Sequence record: OR538032.1
Direction: 5' to 3' (one strand)
Length of the DNA: 64,000 nt
Part shown: piece after piece, positions 9,029-18,505 of the stretch
Position numbering within the stretch: the stretch's first letter is position 1
Layout of the letters: every line of letters starts with the position of its first letter
Program-made: the position numbers and the translations under genes
The notes under the pieces: model-generated
What the model was told of the DNA's origin: nothing
Databases searched by the model: none
The model's input: the letters and a program-made list of their open reading frames with translations, nothing else

Positions 9029-9268
9029 ATGATAACGATATACACAATTCCTAACTGTGACGGTTGTCGTCACGCTATCGCCCTCTGTAAGTTCAAACAC
9101 GTCCCGTATACTGTAATCGAGTTACAGTCACAGACTGACATCGACCAATTACATCAAAAGCTTGGTGGCAATCGCAATATTCGCGTTCCTCTGGCTATGC
9201 ATGGTGACACATACATCGGTCACCTGCCTGAATTGAAGAAATGGGTTGATGAACAGACGTATAAATAA
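9029..9268 (+). CDS. glutaredoxin
   Basis: IYTIPNCDGC active site; VP motif; YIG. Confidence 0.9.
   Translation: MITIYTIPNCDGCRHAIALCKFKHVPYTVIELQSQTDIDQLHQKLGGNRNIRVPLAMHGDTYIGHLPELKKWVDEQTYK
9260..9267 (+). promoter_or_regulatory. T4-type late promoter
   Basis: Exact TATAAATA. Confidence 0.85.
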
Positions 9269-9326
9269 AAGAAATTACGTACATTCTCTCCGCTGAAATG
9301 CGGCAATAAATTAAAGGAATCAAACA

Positions 9327-10223
9327 ATGACTGTATCTAATAGTAACGGTTTACCAGACATTGTTACTGTTCAAAAACGACTATATCCGCTGATCTTCAC
9401 GGAAATCGTTTCTGAACAGCCAACAAAGCAACCCGTTGCAACTGCTTACGGCTTTAAAGCTGTACCTGAAGCTGATGACGGCAGCGGCTGGACACAATTT
9501 GGGTTTAGACTTGATCGTTGGTATGCTCAAGTTGAATCTTCAAAAATGAAGACTGAAATCTCTCTTGAAACGCTGCAAGATATGCAAGCACTTGGTGTTA
9601 GTAATTCAGTGATCGTAGACTCACTAGCTGACCAAATTGCTGATGAAATCAATACGTCGATTATCGGTGCGTTGAATAGCATTTCAACTGTTGGTGCTGC
9701 ACTAACTCTGACGGGTAATACTGATTTTGAAAAAGGTCAAGATCTTTATACGAAAGTACACCTAGCAGCGTCTGAAATTGAAAAAACAACTGGTTGTAAA
9801 GGCACATATGTCGTTGCGGGCGGTAAATGTTTCGGTTATTTGACTGGTTGTGGTGTTGTACAGCGAGTTGGCGAATCGGACGTTTACAAAGCATGGTCTG
9901 GTTTATACATCGTACACGACAAATACGCAACAAGCGATTACGTGACTGTAGGTGTTAAGAAAGACATGGGTGATTATGAAATCTCAAGTCTAGTATTCAG
10001 CCCGTATCAATTCGACCAAGCGAATGACGGTGCGATTGCTTATCAATACAAGGGCACTGACCCGAAATCATTCCACCCTGTGTATGGTGTTATTGCTCGT
10101 TACGCACTAACTGTTCCGCCACTAGAAGACAATCAGACTGGTGCAGTTGAGATTGATTGGTCGAACTTAGGTGCGCTTGCTAATAGCTCAAAGCTTTCAT
10201 ACACATACGCAGTAACAGTATAA
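9327..10223 (+). CDS. 24: gp23/gp24-family capsid protein, probably head vertex gp24
   Basis: Segments resembling gp23/24 (IVSEQPTKQP; ISLETLQDMQAL; LADQIADEIN); late promoter. Confidence 0.7.
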   Translation: MTVSNSNGLPDIVTVQKRLYPLIFTEIVSEQPTKQPVATAYGFKAVPEADDGSGWTQFGFRLDRWYAQVESSKMKTEISLETLQDMQALGVSNSVIVDSLADQIADEINTSIIGALNSISTVGAALTLTGNTDFEKGQDLYTKVHLAASEIEKTTGCKGTYVVAGGKCFGYLTGCGVVQRVGESDVYKAWSGLYIVHDKYATSDYVTVGVKKDMGDYEISSLVFSPYQFDQANDGAIAYQYKGTDPKSFHPVYGVIARYALTVPPLEDNQTGAVEIDWSNLGALANSSKLSYTYAVTV

Positions 10224-10231
10224 GGTGTGAC

Positions 10232-10744
10232 ATGAAAAATCATTATGTAGATAATAAAGCTCTATACGCATCACTATGCGAATGGAAAGACGAAATGAAT
10301 AAGAATCCTGATGCGACAATCCCAGTACCTGATGTGGTCGCGATTAGCATCATGAAGATTAGCGAGAACCTGTCTCGCCGTTACAACTTTAGTGGTTACA
10401 CTGCTACGTGGAAAGAAGAAATGATTGGTGACGCAATCGAACATTGCTTGCGTTACATCAAAAATTTCGATACTGATAAGTACAATAATCCACACGCTTA
10501 CATCACTCGTATCTGTTTCAATGCGTTCGTGCAACGCATTAAGAAAGAAAGAAAAGATACAGCGATTAAATATAAAGTATTCTTATGTGATTCGTCTAAC
10601 TACACAGTTGAAGGCGAAGAGACTGATTTCGAGTTTCTTCAGCAAATGTTAGAGCGTGTCAATTCTTACGAGTCTGGCAAAACGGCTAAAGCTCAACCAG
10701 ATGAACAGAAAGAACCACTTAACTTACAGAAATTTTACGATTAA
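10232..10744 (+). CDS. 55: late transcription sigma factor gp55
   Basis: HYVDNKALY, FSGYTATWKEEMIGDAIE, NPHAYITRICFNAFVQRIKKE. Confidence 0.97.
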   Translation: MKNHYVDNKALYASLCEWKDEMNKNPDATIPVPDVVAISIMKISENLSRRYNFSGYTATWKEEMIGDAIEHCLRYIKNFDTDKYNNPHAYITRICFNAFVQRIKKERKDTAIKYKVFLCDSSNYTVEGEETDFEFLQQMLERVNSYESGKTAKAQPDEQKEPLNLQKFYD

Positions 10745-10753
10745 GGAATTAAC

Positions 10754-12199
10754 ATGTTAGGTAACTTTGACTCATTTCTGAGTGAAAATCGCCGTCAAAC
10801 TCAGGGTGGAAAAATCTACCCTAAGTTTGGTCAAGTTATTGTTGAGCTAGGCACTGCATCTACTGAGTTCAGCAAAGGCAAAGGCGTTGAAACAACTATC
10901 GGCATGATGGAGAAGGCAAATGAGCTTAAATCTATCATGAACAATAAACTGGCTGAAGATAAAAACGTCGATGAGAAACATTTCGACATCAATCTGAGCG
11001 AGAACGTAAGCACGGTTAACCTGCTTATGGAAAACGAATTCTTGGCGCTGCCAGCTCATGAGCTACAGCAAGTCAAATCAATGATCATGTGTACTGAAGC
11101 ACGTCTTCCTAGCATCGTGATTAAAGGCGGTTCATTGGATCAAGTTGTAGCTGAAGCAACGAAACTAGGCTACAAGAAAAGTGACATTCACGTTGTTTTC
11201 CCGATGCGTGAAATGAAAATCAATCTTGCTGACTCTGACAAGCTTGTTATTGAATCTCTATCAATTGACGACAATTCAGCGTCTGAGATTCTTTCAATGG
11301 CTGAAAACATCGAGCTTGGTGACGTTTATGTGACTGTAGAATCGGTTGATTCTAAGGCTGAACTGTCTGAAATCACTGAACTGAAGATTAAATCTGGTAA
11401 AAATGCGCTGACACTAGCTGCACTTAACCGCAAGATCATGGATCAGTTTATCGTGAAAGAAGCGAAAGAAGTTTCATATGCACGTGAGCGTAAAGAAGAC
11501 ACTGGTCTCCCAATGCTTGAAGGGTTCAAGGCATACGATCTGAAACAGAACATCACCATGATTGAACATGCTCAGAACGCATTCACAAAAGAGATTACAG
11601 TAGCTCCGCTATCTTCGACTGCGTGGCAAAATCTTGTTGATGTTAAAGAAGCTTACTTCGATAACGGTTGGAAACTGAAGCACAACAATACAAGCATCGT
11701 TCTAACAAACGCTGAACACGCAATGCGTGCTGGTCGTGTTTGTGAAGAATATCGAGTCGAGCTATCTGAAGCAGGTTATCCTCTTCTTGATATGATCGCA
11801 ATGATGGAAAGCAAAGGCATGACTCGCTTTGATTGTAAATCATTTGCTGAATCAATGATGAAATTCGACGGCTGTGTTACGCCAGAGCGCCAGACTGTGA
11901 CTGCATTTGTTACTGAATCTGCTAGTAATCGCGTATTTCACCCGAATATTATGTCAAGCCTACGTCCTGTGACCGAAATGGTTGATGATGTTGACGGTCT
12001 AATTCGTGCGCTTGCTAATGATCAGTTCAGTACGTTCAAAATCGGACAATCATTCTCTGAATCAATGCTTGACCAAGAAACGCTATACTCTATGATGGAA
12101 AGCATTGTTTCTGATGGTGTTGATGTATCAGTGGACGGGACTTTGATTGAATTCAAAGTGAATGCAACCAATTACCTAATCAATATCGACATCAAATAA
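10754..12199 (+). CDS. hypothetical protein, putative internal head protein
   Basis: N-terminus MLGNFDSFLSE; downstream of the late promoter. Confidence 0.7.
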   Translation: MLGNFDSFLSENRRQTQGGKIYPKFGQVIVELGTASTEFSKGKGVETTIGMMEKANELKSIMNNKLAEDKNVDEKHFDINLSENVSTVNLLMENEFLALPAHELQQVKSMIMCTEARLPSIVIKGGSLDQVVAEATKLGYKKSDIHVVFPMREMKINLADSDKLVIESLSIDDNSASEILSMAENIELGDVYVTVESVDSKAELSEITELKIKSGKNALTLAALNRKIMDQFIVKEAKEVSYARERKEDTGLPMLEGFKAYDLKQNITMIEHAQNAFTKEITVAPLSSTAWQNLVDVKEAYFDNGWKLKHNNTSIVLTNAEHAMRAGRVCEEYRVELSEAGYPLLDMIAMMESKGMTRFDCKSFAESMMKFDGCVTPERQTVTAFVTESASNRVFHPNIMSSLRPVTEMVDDVDGLIRALANDQFSTFKIGQSFSESMLDQETLYSMMESIVSDGVDVSVDGTLIEFKVNATNYLINIDIK

Positions 12200-12207
12200 G
12201 GTGAATC

Positions 12208-12855
12208 ATGAAACAATTTTGTAATTTTTTAGCTGAAGTTCAGAAATACAGTTCAGCGGCTACGTCGATTCGCGGCAAAGAAGTTGCTGCATTGGTTAAA
12301 TTGTTCAAGTCAGGCATGTTCGTGCCTGGCGGAACAGCACTTGACTACGGCGCGGGCAAATACGGTCGTAATGCTGAATTTCTTCGCAGTGAAGGCATTC
12401 GCACTTACGCATACGACAAATTCAATGGGACATCGGCTGATGGTTGGAACGCAGTTAGCTTAACTATCCCAAATGGTGAGACATTCGATACCGGCTTCAC
12501 GTCATACGTATTGAACGTTGTTCCTGAAGAAATCGAAGCAGAAATCATCCGTGATGTTGAGTCTCGTACACGCGGTAAAGTGTTCCATATTACACGCGGT
12601 ACTGACATCACTCAGACTGTATTCAACGTAATCAGCGGTAAGAGCAAGAATGACGTAATGATGCAATTCATTGCTCAAGAATATCCAGAGATTTACGGTC
12701 AGATTGTCGCGAACGGTGGGACGAAAGAATTGGCTAAAGAGATTGCAACCCGTGGAGTTGTAACAGCTAAAGACAGTTTCCAACGTATTCCAGACCTATC
12801 GAAATACGGTTACAAGAAATCTGGTTCAGGTGCTTCGGTAGTGTGGACAAAATAA
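12208..12855 (+). CDS. class I SAM-dependent methyltransferase, putatively virion-packaged
   Basis: ALDYGAGKYGRN, AYD, SYVLNVV; N-terminus MKQFCNFLAE. Confidence 0.8.
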   Translation: MKQFCNFLAEVQKYSSAATSIRGKEVAALVKLFKSGMFVPGGTALDYGAGKYGRNAEFLRSEGIRTYAYDKFNGTSADGWNAVSLTIPNGETFDTGFTSYVLNVVPEEIEAEIIRDVESRTRGKVFHITRGTDITQTVFNVISGKSKNDVMMQFIAQEYPEIYGQIVANGGTKELAKEIATRGVVTAKDSFQRIPDLSKYGYKKSGSGASVVWTK

Positions 12856-12879
12856 TTTTAATTTATTTGAATAAAAGGG

Positions 12880-12908
12880 TTGCTTCGGCAACCCTTTTTG
12901 CGTATTAT
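12880..12908 (+). promoter_or_regulatory. class I promoter fused to a UUCG terminator
   Basis: TTGCTT-N17-TATTAT within AAAAGGGTTGC-TTCG-GCAACCCTTTTT. Confidence 0.8.
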
Positions 12909-12943
12909 AGCTACATCGAAACGAGATACAAAGAGAGAACGTT

Positions 12944-13204
12944 ATGATGATTACTGAATACCTACGCAATAATACAGTTCGCGAAATGCTAGATTGCCCT
13001 GCTACTTCGCTTGCATTCTGGTCACAGGAATTCATGATCATCCCTGATGAAGATCTAACTTTTGTTGAAAACGATGAAAACGTTCTAATCAAGATGAACG
13101 AAATCGAAGTTGTTGTGCCGTACAATATGACGCTTGAAGTTCTTGAGCAAATGTTCGGTGACGCACTAAGTGAACATGTTAGAAAGATTAAAGAACGTGT
13201 TTAA
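12944..13204 (+). CDS. early hypothetical protein
   Basis: AGAGAG RBS. Confidence 0.75.
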   Translation: MMITEYLRNNTVREMLDCPATSLAFWSQEFMIIPDEDLTFVENDENVLIKMNEIEVVVPYNMTLEVLEQMFGDALSEHVRKIKERV

Positions 13205-13228
13205 CATCGGTTTATCTCATCCTATAAT
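13199..13228 (+). promoter_or_regulatory. class II promoter
   Basis: G-TTTAAC-N17-TATAAT. Confidence 0.65.
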
Positions 13229-13251
13229 AATCAAACATTGAAGGAAATATT

Positions 13252-13710
13252 ATGATCTACATTGAAACAAGCAACATCCTTTCTGATGACACTCTCGGCT
13301 TTGCAATGGCTGCCGCGCCTCAAGTTGATAAACTTGAGAAAAAAGAGCGTGACAATGTGCTTAACAAAGCTGTTGAAGTCAAGCTATACGAACGTCTTCC
13401 ATCGACTGCTGTACTTGATTTTCTCTTGAATCAAAAAATTCCCTTCATCGCCGTACTGAGCAAAGTAGAAGTTATTGCTGAACAGCAACGTGCGTGGTTT
13501 GATGCAATTGGCAAGCACTTGAATATTGATGTGATGTACACAGATTTTCAAGAAGTCGAGCACAATCTCGATACGCTGTTGATTGCTGAAGATCGACATG
13601 AACTGAAACGTCACGCTCAAAATAACGGTAGAATTCTACCATTCACAACTGAAACACAATTTCAATTCATTATCGATCATTTATCTTCGGTCGACAATAA
13701 GGAGCAGTAA
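13252..13710 (+). CDS. hypothetical protein
   Basis: SD AAGGA. Confidence 0.75.
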   Translation: MIYIETSNILSDDTLGFAMAAAPQVDKLEKKERDNVLNKAVEVKLYERLPSTAVLDFLLNQKIPFIAVLSKVEVIAEQQRAWFDAIGKHLNIDVMYTDFQEVEHNLDTLLIAEDRHELKRHAQNNGRILPFTTETQFQFIIDHLSSVDNKEQ

Positions 13711-14060
13711 TGCAAGAGAAGCCAGATTTACTCAAAGACGACGAAATTGTTGATGTAGTCGAAGATCAAGAAGTTCTTGACTATCTTGATGAACTGCAAG
13801 CTCAACGTCGTGCGCTTGTTGAGAAAGAAGCACATCGTCGTATCAAGAAAAACTCGCGTGAGATTAAACGTCTGCGTAAACATGCTGAAAAGTGTCTAAT
13901 CGAAGGTAACAAAGCGGGTTACGTCTACGCAATCGGCAAACTTCGTTCTATTACTGGTCAGACCGTGGGTGACGATGTACTTGAAACGCTATGGGAAACG
14001 AGTCGTGAGCAAGTACTAACAATCGCACGCTCATTTGCAGAAGCGAAAGCAGGTCAATAA
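13710..14060 (+). CDS. a-gt.4: T4 a-gt.4-like protein
   Basis: IKKNSREIKRLRKHAE...YVYAIGKLR...ETLWETSR resembles T4 a-gt.4. Confidence 0.7.
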   Translation: MQEKPDLLKDDEIVDVVEDQEVLDYLDELQAQRRALVEKEAHRRIKKNSREIKRLRKHAEKCLIEGNKAGYVYAIGKLRSITGQTVGDDVLETLWETSREQVLTIARSFAEAKAGQ

Positions 14061-14524
14061 TGGACATTAAATCAGGCGCTGGTTATCCAGCCAGTGCGCT
14101 GTCAAACTTTGCGCCTCACGCATTCGTTGTGCGTGGTGTTGAGTGTGCTTCTATGGAAGGGTTTCTTCAGTCGTTGAAGTTCAAAAACCCAGAAATGCAA
14201 CGTGAAGTCTGCAAACTCGTGGGTAAAGTTGCTAAAGCACGCGGTTCAAAGAAAAATTGGCAACGCACTCAGACACTTTATTGGCAAGGTGAGCCGATTC
14301 AGCGTGCTTCGGTTGGGTATCAAACGTTGCTCGATGACGCATACGCTGCATTAGCTCAGAACGTCAAATTTCAAAAGGCACTGCTTGCTACCGGTAAAGC
14401 TACCCTTACACATTCAATCGGGCGTAAGAAGCAGGCAGAGACGGTTTTAACTGTACAAGAATTCTGTAGCCGATTGACAGTGATTCGGGAACATTTGCAG
14501 AATGAAGCTGATGAATGTAGTTAA
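14060..14524 (+). CDS. 30.3: NADAR-family protein, T4 gp30.3-like
   Basis: ALSNFAPHAF, EGFLQSLK, TLYWQG, FQKALLAT, ETVLT. Confidence 0.8.
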   Translation: MDIKSGAGYPASALSNFAPHAFVVRGVECASMEGFLQSLKFKNPEMQREVCKLVGKVAKARGSKKNWQRTQTLYWQGEPIQRASVGYQTLLDDAYAALAQNVKFQKALLATGKATLTHSIGRKKQAETVLTVQEFCSRLTVIREHLQNEADECS

Positions 14525-15014
14525 ATTAATGATTCGTGCGATTGCTCGTGCGAAGAAAACAGACAAGCCTATCGTATACATTGACATGGACAACGTGCTG
14601 GTCGACTTTCAGAGTGGAATAGATTCTCTTTCTATCTGGGAAAAGAATCAGTATGAGGGTCGATATGACGAATGTCCGGGTATTTTCGCTCATATGAAGC
14701 CGATGAAAGGTGCGATTGCTGCATTTGAAGTGTTGAACAAACACTTTGATTGCTATATACTGTCTACCGCCCCGTGGGATAATCCTGGGTCATGGCAAGA
14801 TAAGCGTCTGTGGGTTGAACGCTACTTAGGCAAAGGTGCTTACAAGCGACTGATCTTGTCACATCACAAGCAGTTAAACTTCGGTCATTATCTCATCGAC
14901 GACCGCACGAAAAACGGTGCAGGTGAGTTCATGGGCGAACACATTCACTTTGGCACAGACGAATTCCCTGACTGGTTTTCGGTTGTGACTTATCTTACGA
15001 GTGAGAACAAATGA
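14502..15014 (+). CDS. 5'(3')-deoxyribonucleotidase (NT5C, HAD)
   Basis: IDMDNVLVDF, ILSTAPW, LIDDR. Confidence 0.9.
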   Translation: MKLMNVVKLMIRAIARAKKTDKPIVYIDMDNVLVDFQSGIDSLSIWEKNQYEGRYDECPGIFAHMKPMKGAIAAFEVLNKHFDCYILSTAPWDNPGSWQDKRLWVERYLGKGAYKRLILSHHKQLNFGHYLIDDRTKNGAGEFMGEHIHFGTDEFPDWFSVVTYLTSENK

Positions 15015-16051
15015 AAGTAGCATTGCTAGGTGACTTACATATCGGCATCAAAGATGACGACATGTGGGTACAAAATTACCAGCGCAAGTTCTTCGACTTT
15101 ATGTTCGCAGAACTAGAAGAGCGCGGTGTAAAAGAAATAATTCAACTCGGTGACTGGTTTGACGTACGTCGAGGAGCAACGCAAGAAACACTGATGTTTC
15201 AGCGAACGTATCTGAATGGCATGTTGAAAGGTCACAATACACACGTTCTAGTGGGTAACCATGACATGCACTTGCGTGAATGCATTGTACCGAATACTCC
15301 GTATGAAGTATTGAGCGTTGTACCAGACGTTACAATCTACGAGCACCCGACGACTGTTGAGTTTGATGGTGTTAAAATTGACATAATTCCGTGGATTTGT
15401 AAAGAAAATGCAGTCGAAATCGACGAATTCATTAAAAATTCAACGTCTGAATACTGTGTCGGTCACTTTGAGTTGAACGGGTTTGAATTTCATAAAGGTC
15501 AAAAAGCAACTGGCTGTCTTGATGCTGGTTTCTTGAAGAAATACAAACAAGTTTGGTCTGGACACTTTCATACTCAGTCTGAAGCGGGCAATATCAAGTA
15601 TCTCGGTACGCCGTATACATTGACTCTTGCAGATGCTGATGATAAACGTGGTTTTTGGTTGTTTGATACTGAAACACACGAAATGGAGTTCATTGAGAAC
15701 CCCGATTGTTGGCACACCAAGCTGTATTTTGACGCTGAAACGTTTGACGCGAAAACAATCCCGTCATATGAAAATCGCAACGTCAAGATTATCGTTGAAC
15801 GTCGTTCAAGTGACAAGCGTGAAATCTCTTTTGATGTAGTCGAAGATCGCATTGCGCAAATTGCACATGCGTGTCAGACTCTCGATGAGCTAGACATCAA
15901 AAAAGACGTAGCAGATGACATCAAATCTATTAAAGATATTGATGATTATGTTGCTGAATATGCAGATACTCTAGACGAATCGACTGAAGTCAAGTCAAAA
16001 GTCAAAGCAATCTTCTCGGCGCTTCGTGCTGAAGCTCAGGAGAATGCGTGA
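15011..16051 (+). CDS. 47: recombination nuclease gp47 (Mre11/SbcD-like)
   Basis: GDLHIG, GDWFD, GNHD, GHFE, SGHFH. Confidence 0.95.
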   Translation: MKVALLGDLHIGIKDDDMWVQNYQRKFFDFMFAELEERGVKEIIQLGDWFDVRRGATQETLMFQRTYLNGMLKGHNTHVLVGNHDMHLRECIVPNTPYEVLSVVPDVTIYEHPTTVEFDGVKIDIIPWICKENAVEIDEFIKNSTSEYCVGHFELNGFEFHKGQKATGCLDAGFLKKYKQVWSGHFHTQSEAGNIKYLGTPYTLTLADADDKRGFWLFDTETHEMEFIENPDCWHTKLYFDAETFDAKTIPSYENRNVKIIVERRSSDKREISFDVVEDRIAQIAHACQTLDELDIKKDVADDIKSIKDIDDYVAEYADTLDESTEVKSKVKAIFSALRAEAQENA

Positions 16052-16275
16052 TGGAACGTGATTTGGTTAGTCCTTGTAAAATATGCGGTAAACTCCCGTT
16101 CATTCATAAGTCGCCAGTAATGGCGAATGGTTGTTCATTCACAGCTTGGATTGTTGAGTGTGACAATGACGACGATGATCAGCGCACTCCACCTTTTGTT
16201 GAACATAGTCTAGTAGTCTATGGTGCTACAAAAGAAGAAGCAATTGACCGATGGGATGAAATAGCGAATGATTAA
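16048..16275 (+). CDS. Lar-like (restriction alleviation) zinc-ribbon protein
   Basis: PCKICG...IVECD...TKEEAIDRWD. Confidence 0.5.
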   Translation: MMERDLVSPCKICGKLPFIHKSPVMANGCSFTAWIVECDNDDDDQRTPPFVEHSLVVYGATKEEAIDRWDEIAND

Positions 16276-18505
16276 GTTCAAAGAAGTGACGTATAGCAAT
16301 ATCATGTCGGTTGGTAATACGCCGATTACGATTAAGCTAGACGAATTTAACAAAACGTTGATTACTGGCACGAATGGTGCTGGTAAATCAACGTACATCG
16401 AGGCAATCTGTTTCGCACTGTATGGAAAACCATTCCGTAACATCAAGAAAACACAGATTGTCAATGCTGTGAACAAGAAAAAGCTATTGGTTGAAATTAC
16501 GTTTCAAGACAATAAGCACGTGTACAAGATTGTTCGCGGTATCAAACCAAACAAGTTCGAGATTTACAAAGACGATGAACTGATTCCGCAAGAAGCCGCG
16601 GTTGCTGATTACCAAGACATGCTTGAAAAGAACATCTTGAAGATGAATCTGAGCACGTTTAAGCAAATCGCTGTTCTCGGCACTGCGGGTTACACGCCGT
16701 TTATGTTGCTTCCGGCTGCGAAACGTCGTGAAATCGTCGAAGACTTGCTTGATATTGGTATTTTCAGTGACATGGCAGCGTTAAACAAAGTCGCACTGAA
16801 GCAACTCAATGAGCAGATCAAAGACACCGAAGCGGATATCGAACGTCGAATGGGCGAATTGAAGTTGCACATTCAGTTCCAAAAAGAACAGCAAGATAAT
16901 CGCGACGGCGATTTGGCACAGCTTGAAGCACGTAAATCAGAAGCTGAAGCTGAACTCGCACCACTTTCATTCGAAATTTCTCAACTTGAATCGCAGATCA
17001 GCGAAGATAGCAAGAAATTGCGTGACTTGAAAGAAAAATTGGCATTCGAGTTGTCTGCGGCTGAAGAAGAGCAAGCAACTGAACTGATTGCACTTGATGC
17101 TGAACATCAAGCAAACATCGAAAAGATTGAAGCTGAACAAAAAGCTGAAATCGACGCGCTAAAAGCCAAGCAAACGAGTGAGCAGAACGTCATTGATGAA
17201 CTCAATGAACAGGCGGTGTTAGATCTCGATAAAGATCATTCACAGGCTCTAATTGATTTTGACGCTGAGACTAAACTGAACACGCCGGAAGCACCGGATG
17301 CTGATGAGATTGCTGCTGACACCTCTACGGTTTTGAGCAACAAGAAAGAAATCACGAAACTCAAAGAGAATAAAGAATTCTTTGAGAAGAACGGTGACTG
17401 CGAGTGTTCGACGTGTAAGCAAACAATCTCGTCTGATTTTGCGCAAAGTGTCATTGATATGGCAGACGCACAGATCGCAACGCTGACTGAAGAAACGAAA
17501 GTTCTGGCTGAGAAGATACGTGCAGCGCAAGCGCAATCTAAAGCACGTAGTGAGTATCTTAGCACTCGCGCTAGTGAACGTTCAGCTTTAGAAGAAAAAC
17601 AGCGTACAGAGCGTTCTACGCTCATTAAAACGCAATCAACTGAACGTATGCGAGTCGTAGATGCGCAGCGTGAAGCAATGTCGAGCTTAACAAGCACATT
17701 CAATGAGGCTCTTTCTCTATTGCGCAATACGCAATCGAAAGCTCGTTCTGAACTTGTATCGCAACATGCGACGATTAATGCTGAGTTGACGAAGAAAGGT
17801 GCGAGTGAGCGTGAAACGCTGACTGAAAACATTGGCAAATATCAAGCTGATCTAGCGAAGATTTTGGCTGATGAAAAGAACCTGACGTCCAAGATCGCAA
17901 CGGTTGAATCAGATATTGCTGATGTTAAAGCAAAAGCTGCAACTGAAGATCGTACGGACTTAATCAAGAAATTGACGGCTGAAGTTCGTGATGTTAAGAA
18001 AGGCTTACAAACTGACATGCAGACTAAGCATTGTCGTACCATTGTCGGCACGCTGTTGAAAGATGACGGTGTGAAATCAATGATTGTTCGCCAATACATC
18101 CCGATGATCAACAAGTACATCAATGATTACTTGAAGACCATGAATGCGAACTACAACTTCGTGCTCGATGAAGAATTCAACGAGACTATCAAATCTCGTG
18201 GTCGTGATGACTTTAGTTACACGTCATTCTCTCAAGGTGAGCGTTGTCGTATCGACTTGGCATTGCTGTTTGCTTTCCGTGATTTGGTTAGCGCACGTAC
18301 TGGCTCAATGACTAACTTGTTGGTTCTTGATGAGGTATTTGATTCAGCGGCTGACTCTGACGGTGTTGATTCTATCAACCAGATTCTAAGCAGCATTAAA
18401 GACAACGTGTTTATTATCTCACACAGCGAGAAGCACGAACAAAGCATGTTTGATAAGCATATTAAATTTGCGAAAAAAGGCAACTTCACAAGAGAGGTCA
18501 AATGA
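16268..18505 (+). CDS. 46: recombination ATPase gp46 (Rad50/SbcC-like) with extended coiled coil
   Basis: GTNGAGKST, zinc hook CSTC, FSQGE, LVLDEVFD, SH. Confidence 0.97.
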   Translation: MIKFKEVTYSNIMSVGNTPITIKLDEFNKTLITGTNGAGKSTYIEAICFALYGKPFRNIKKTQIVNAVNKKKLLVEITFQDNKHVYKIVRGIKPNKFEIYKDDELIPQEAAVADYQDMLEKNILKMNLSTFKQIAVLGTAGYTPFMLLPAAKRREIVEDLLDIGIFSDMAALNKVALKQLNEQIKDTEADIERRMGELKLHIQFQKEQQDNRDGDLAQLEARKSEAEAELAPLSFEISQLESQISEDSKKLRDLKEKLAFELSAAEEEQATELIALDAEHQANIEKIEAEQKAEIDALKAKQTSEQNVIDELNEQAVLDLDKDHSQALIDFDAETKLNTPEAPDADEIAADTSTVLSNKKEITKLKENKEFFEKNGDCECSTCKQTISSDFAQSVIDMADAQIATLTEETKVLAEKIRAAQAQSKARSEYLSTRASERSALEEKQRTERSTLIKTQSTERMRVVDAQREAMSSLTSTFNEALSLLRNTQSKARSELVSQHATINAELTKKGASERETLTENIGKYQADLAKILADEKNLTSKIATVESDIADVKAKAATEDRTDLIKKLTAEVRDVKKGLQTDMQTKHCRTIVGTLLKDDGVKSMIVRQYIPMINKYINDYLKTMNANYNFVLDEEFNETIKSRGRDDFSYTSFSQGERCRIDLALLFAFRDLVSARTGSMTNLLVLDEVFDSAADSDGVDSINQILSSIKDNVFIISHSEKHEQSMFDKHIKFAKKGNFTREVK

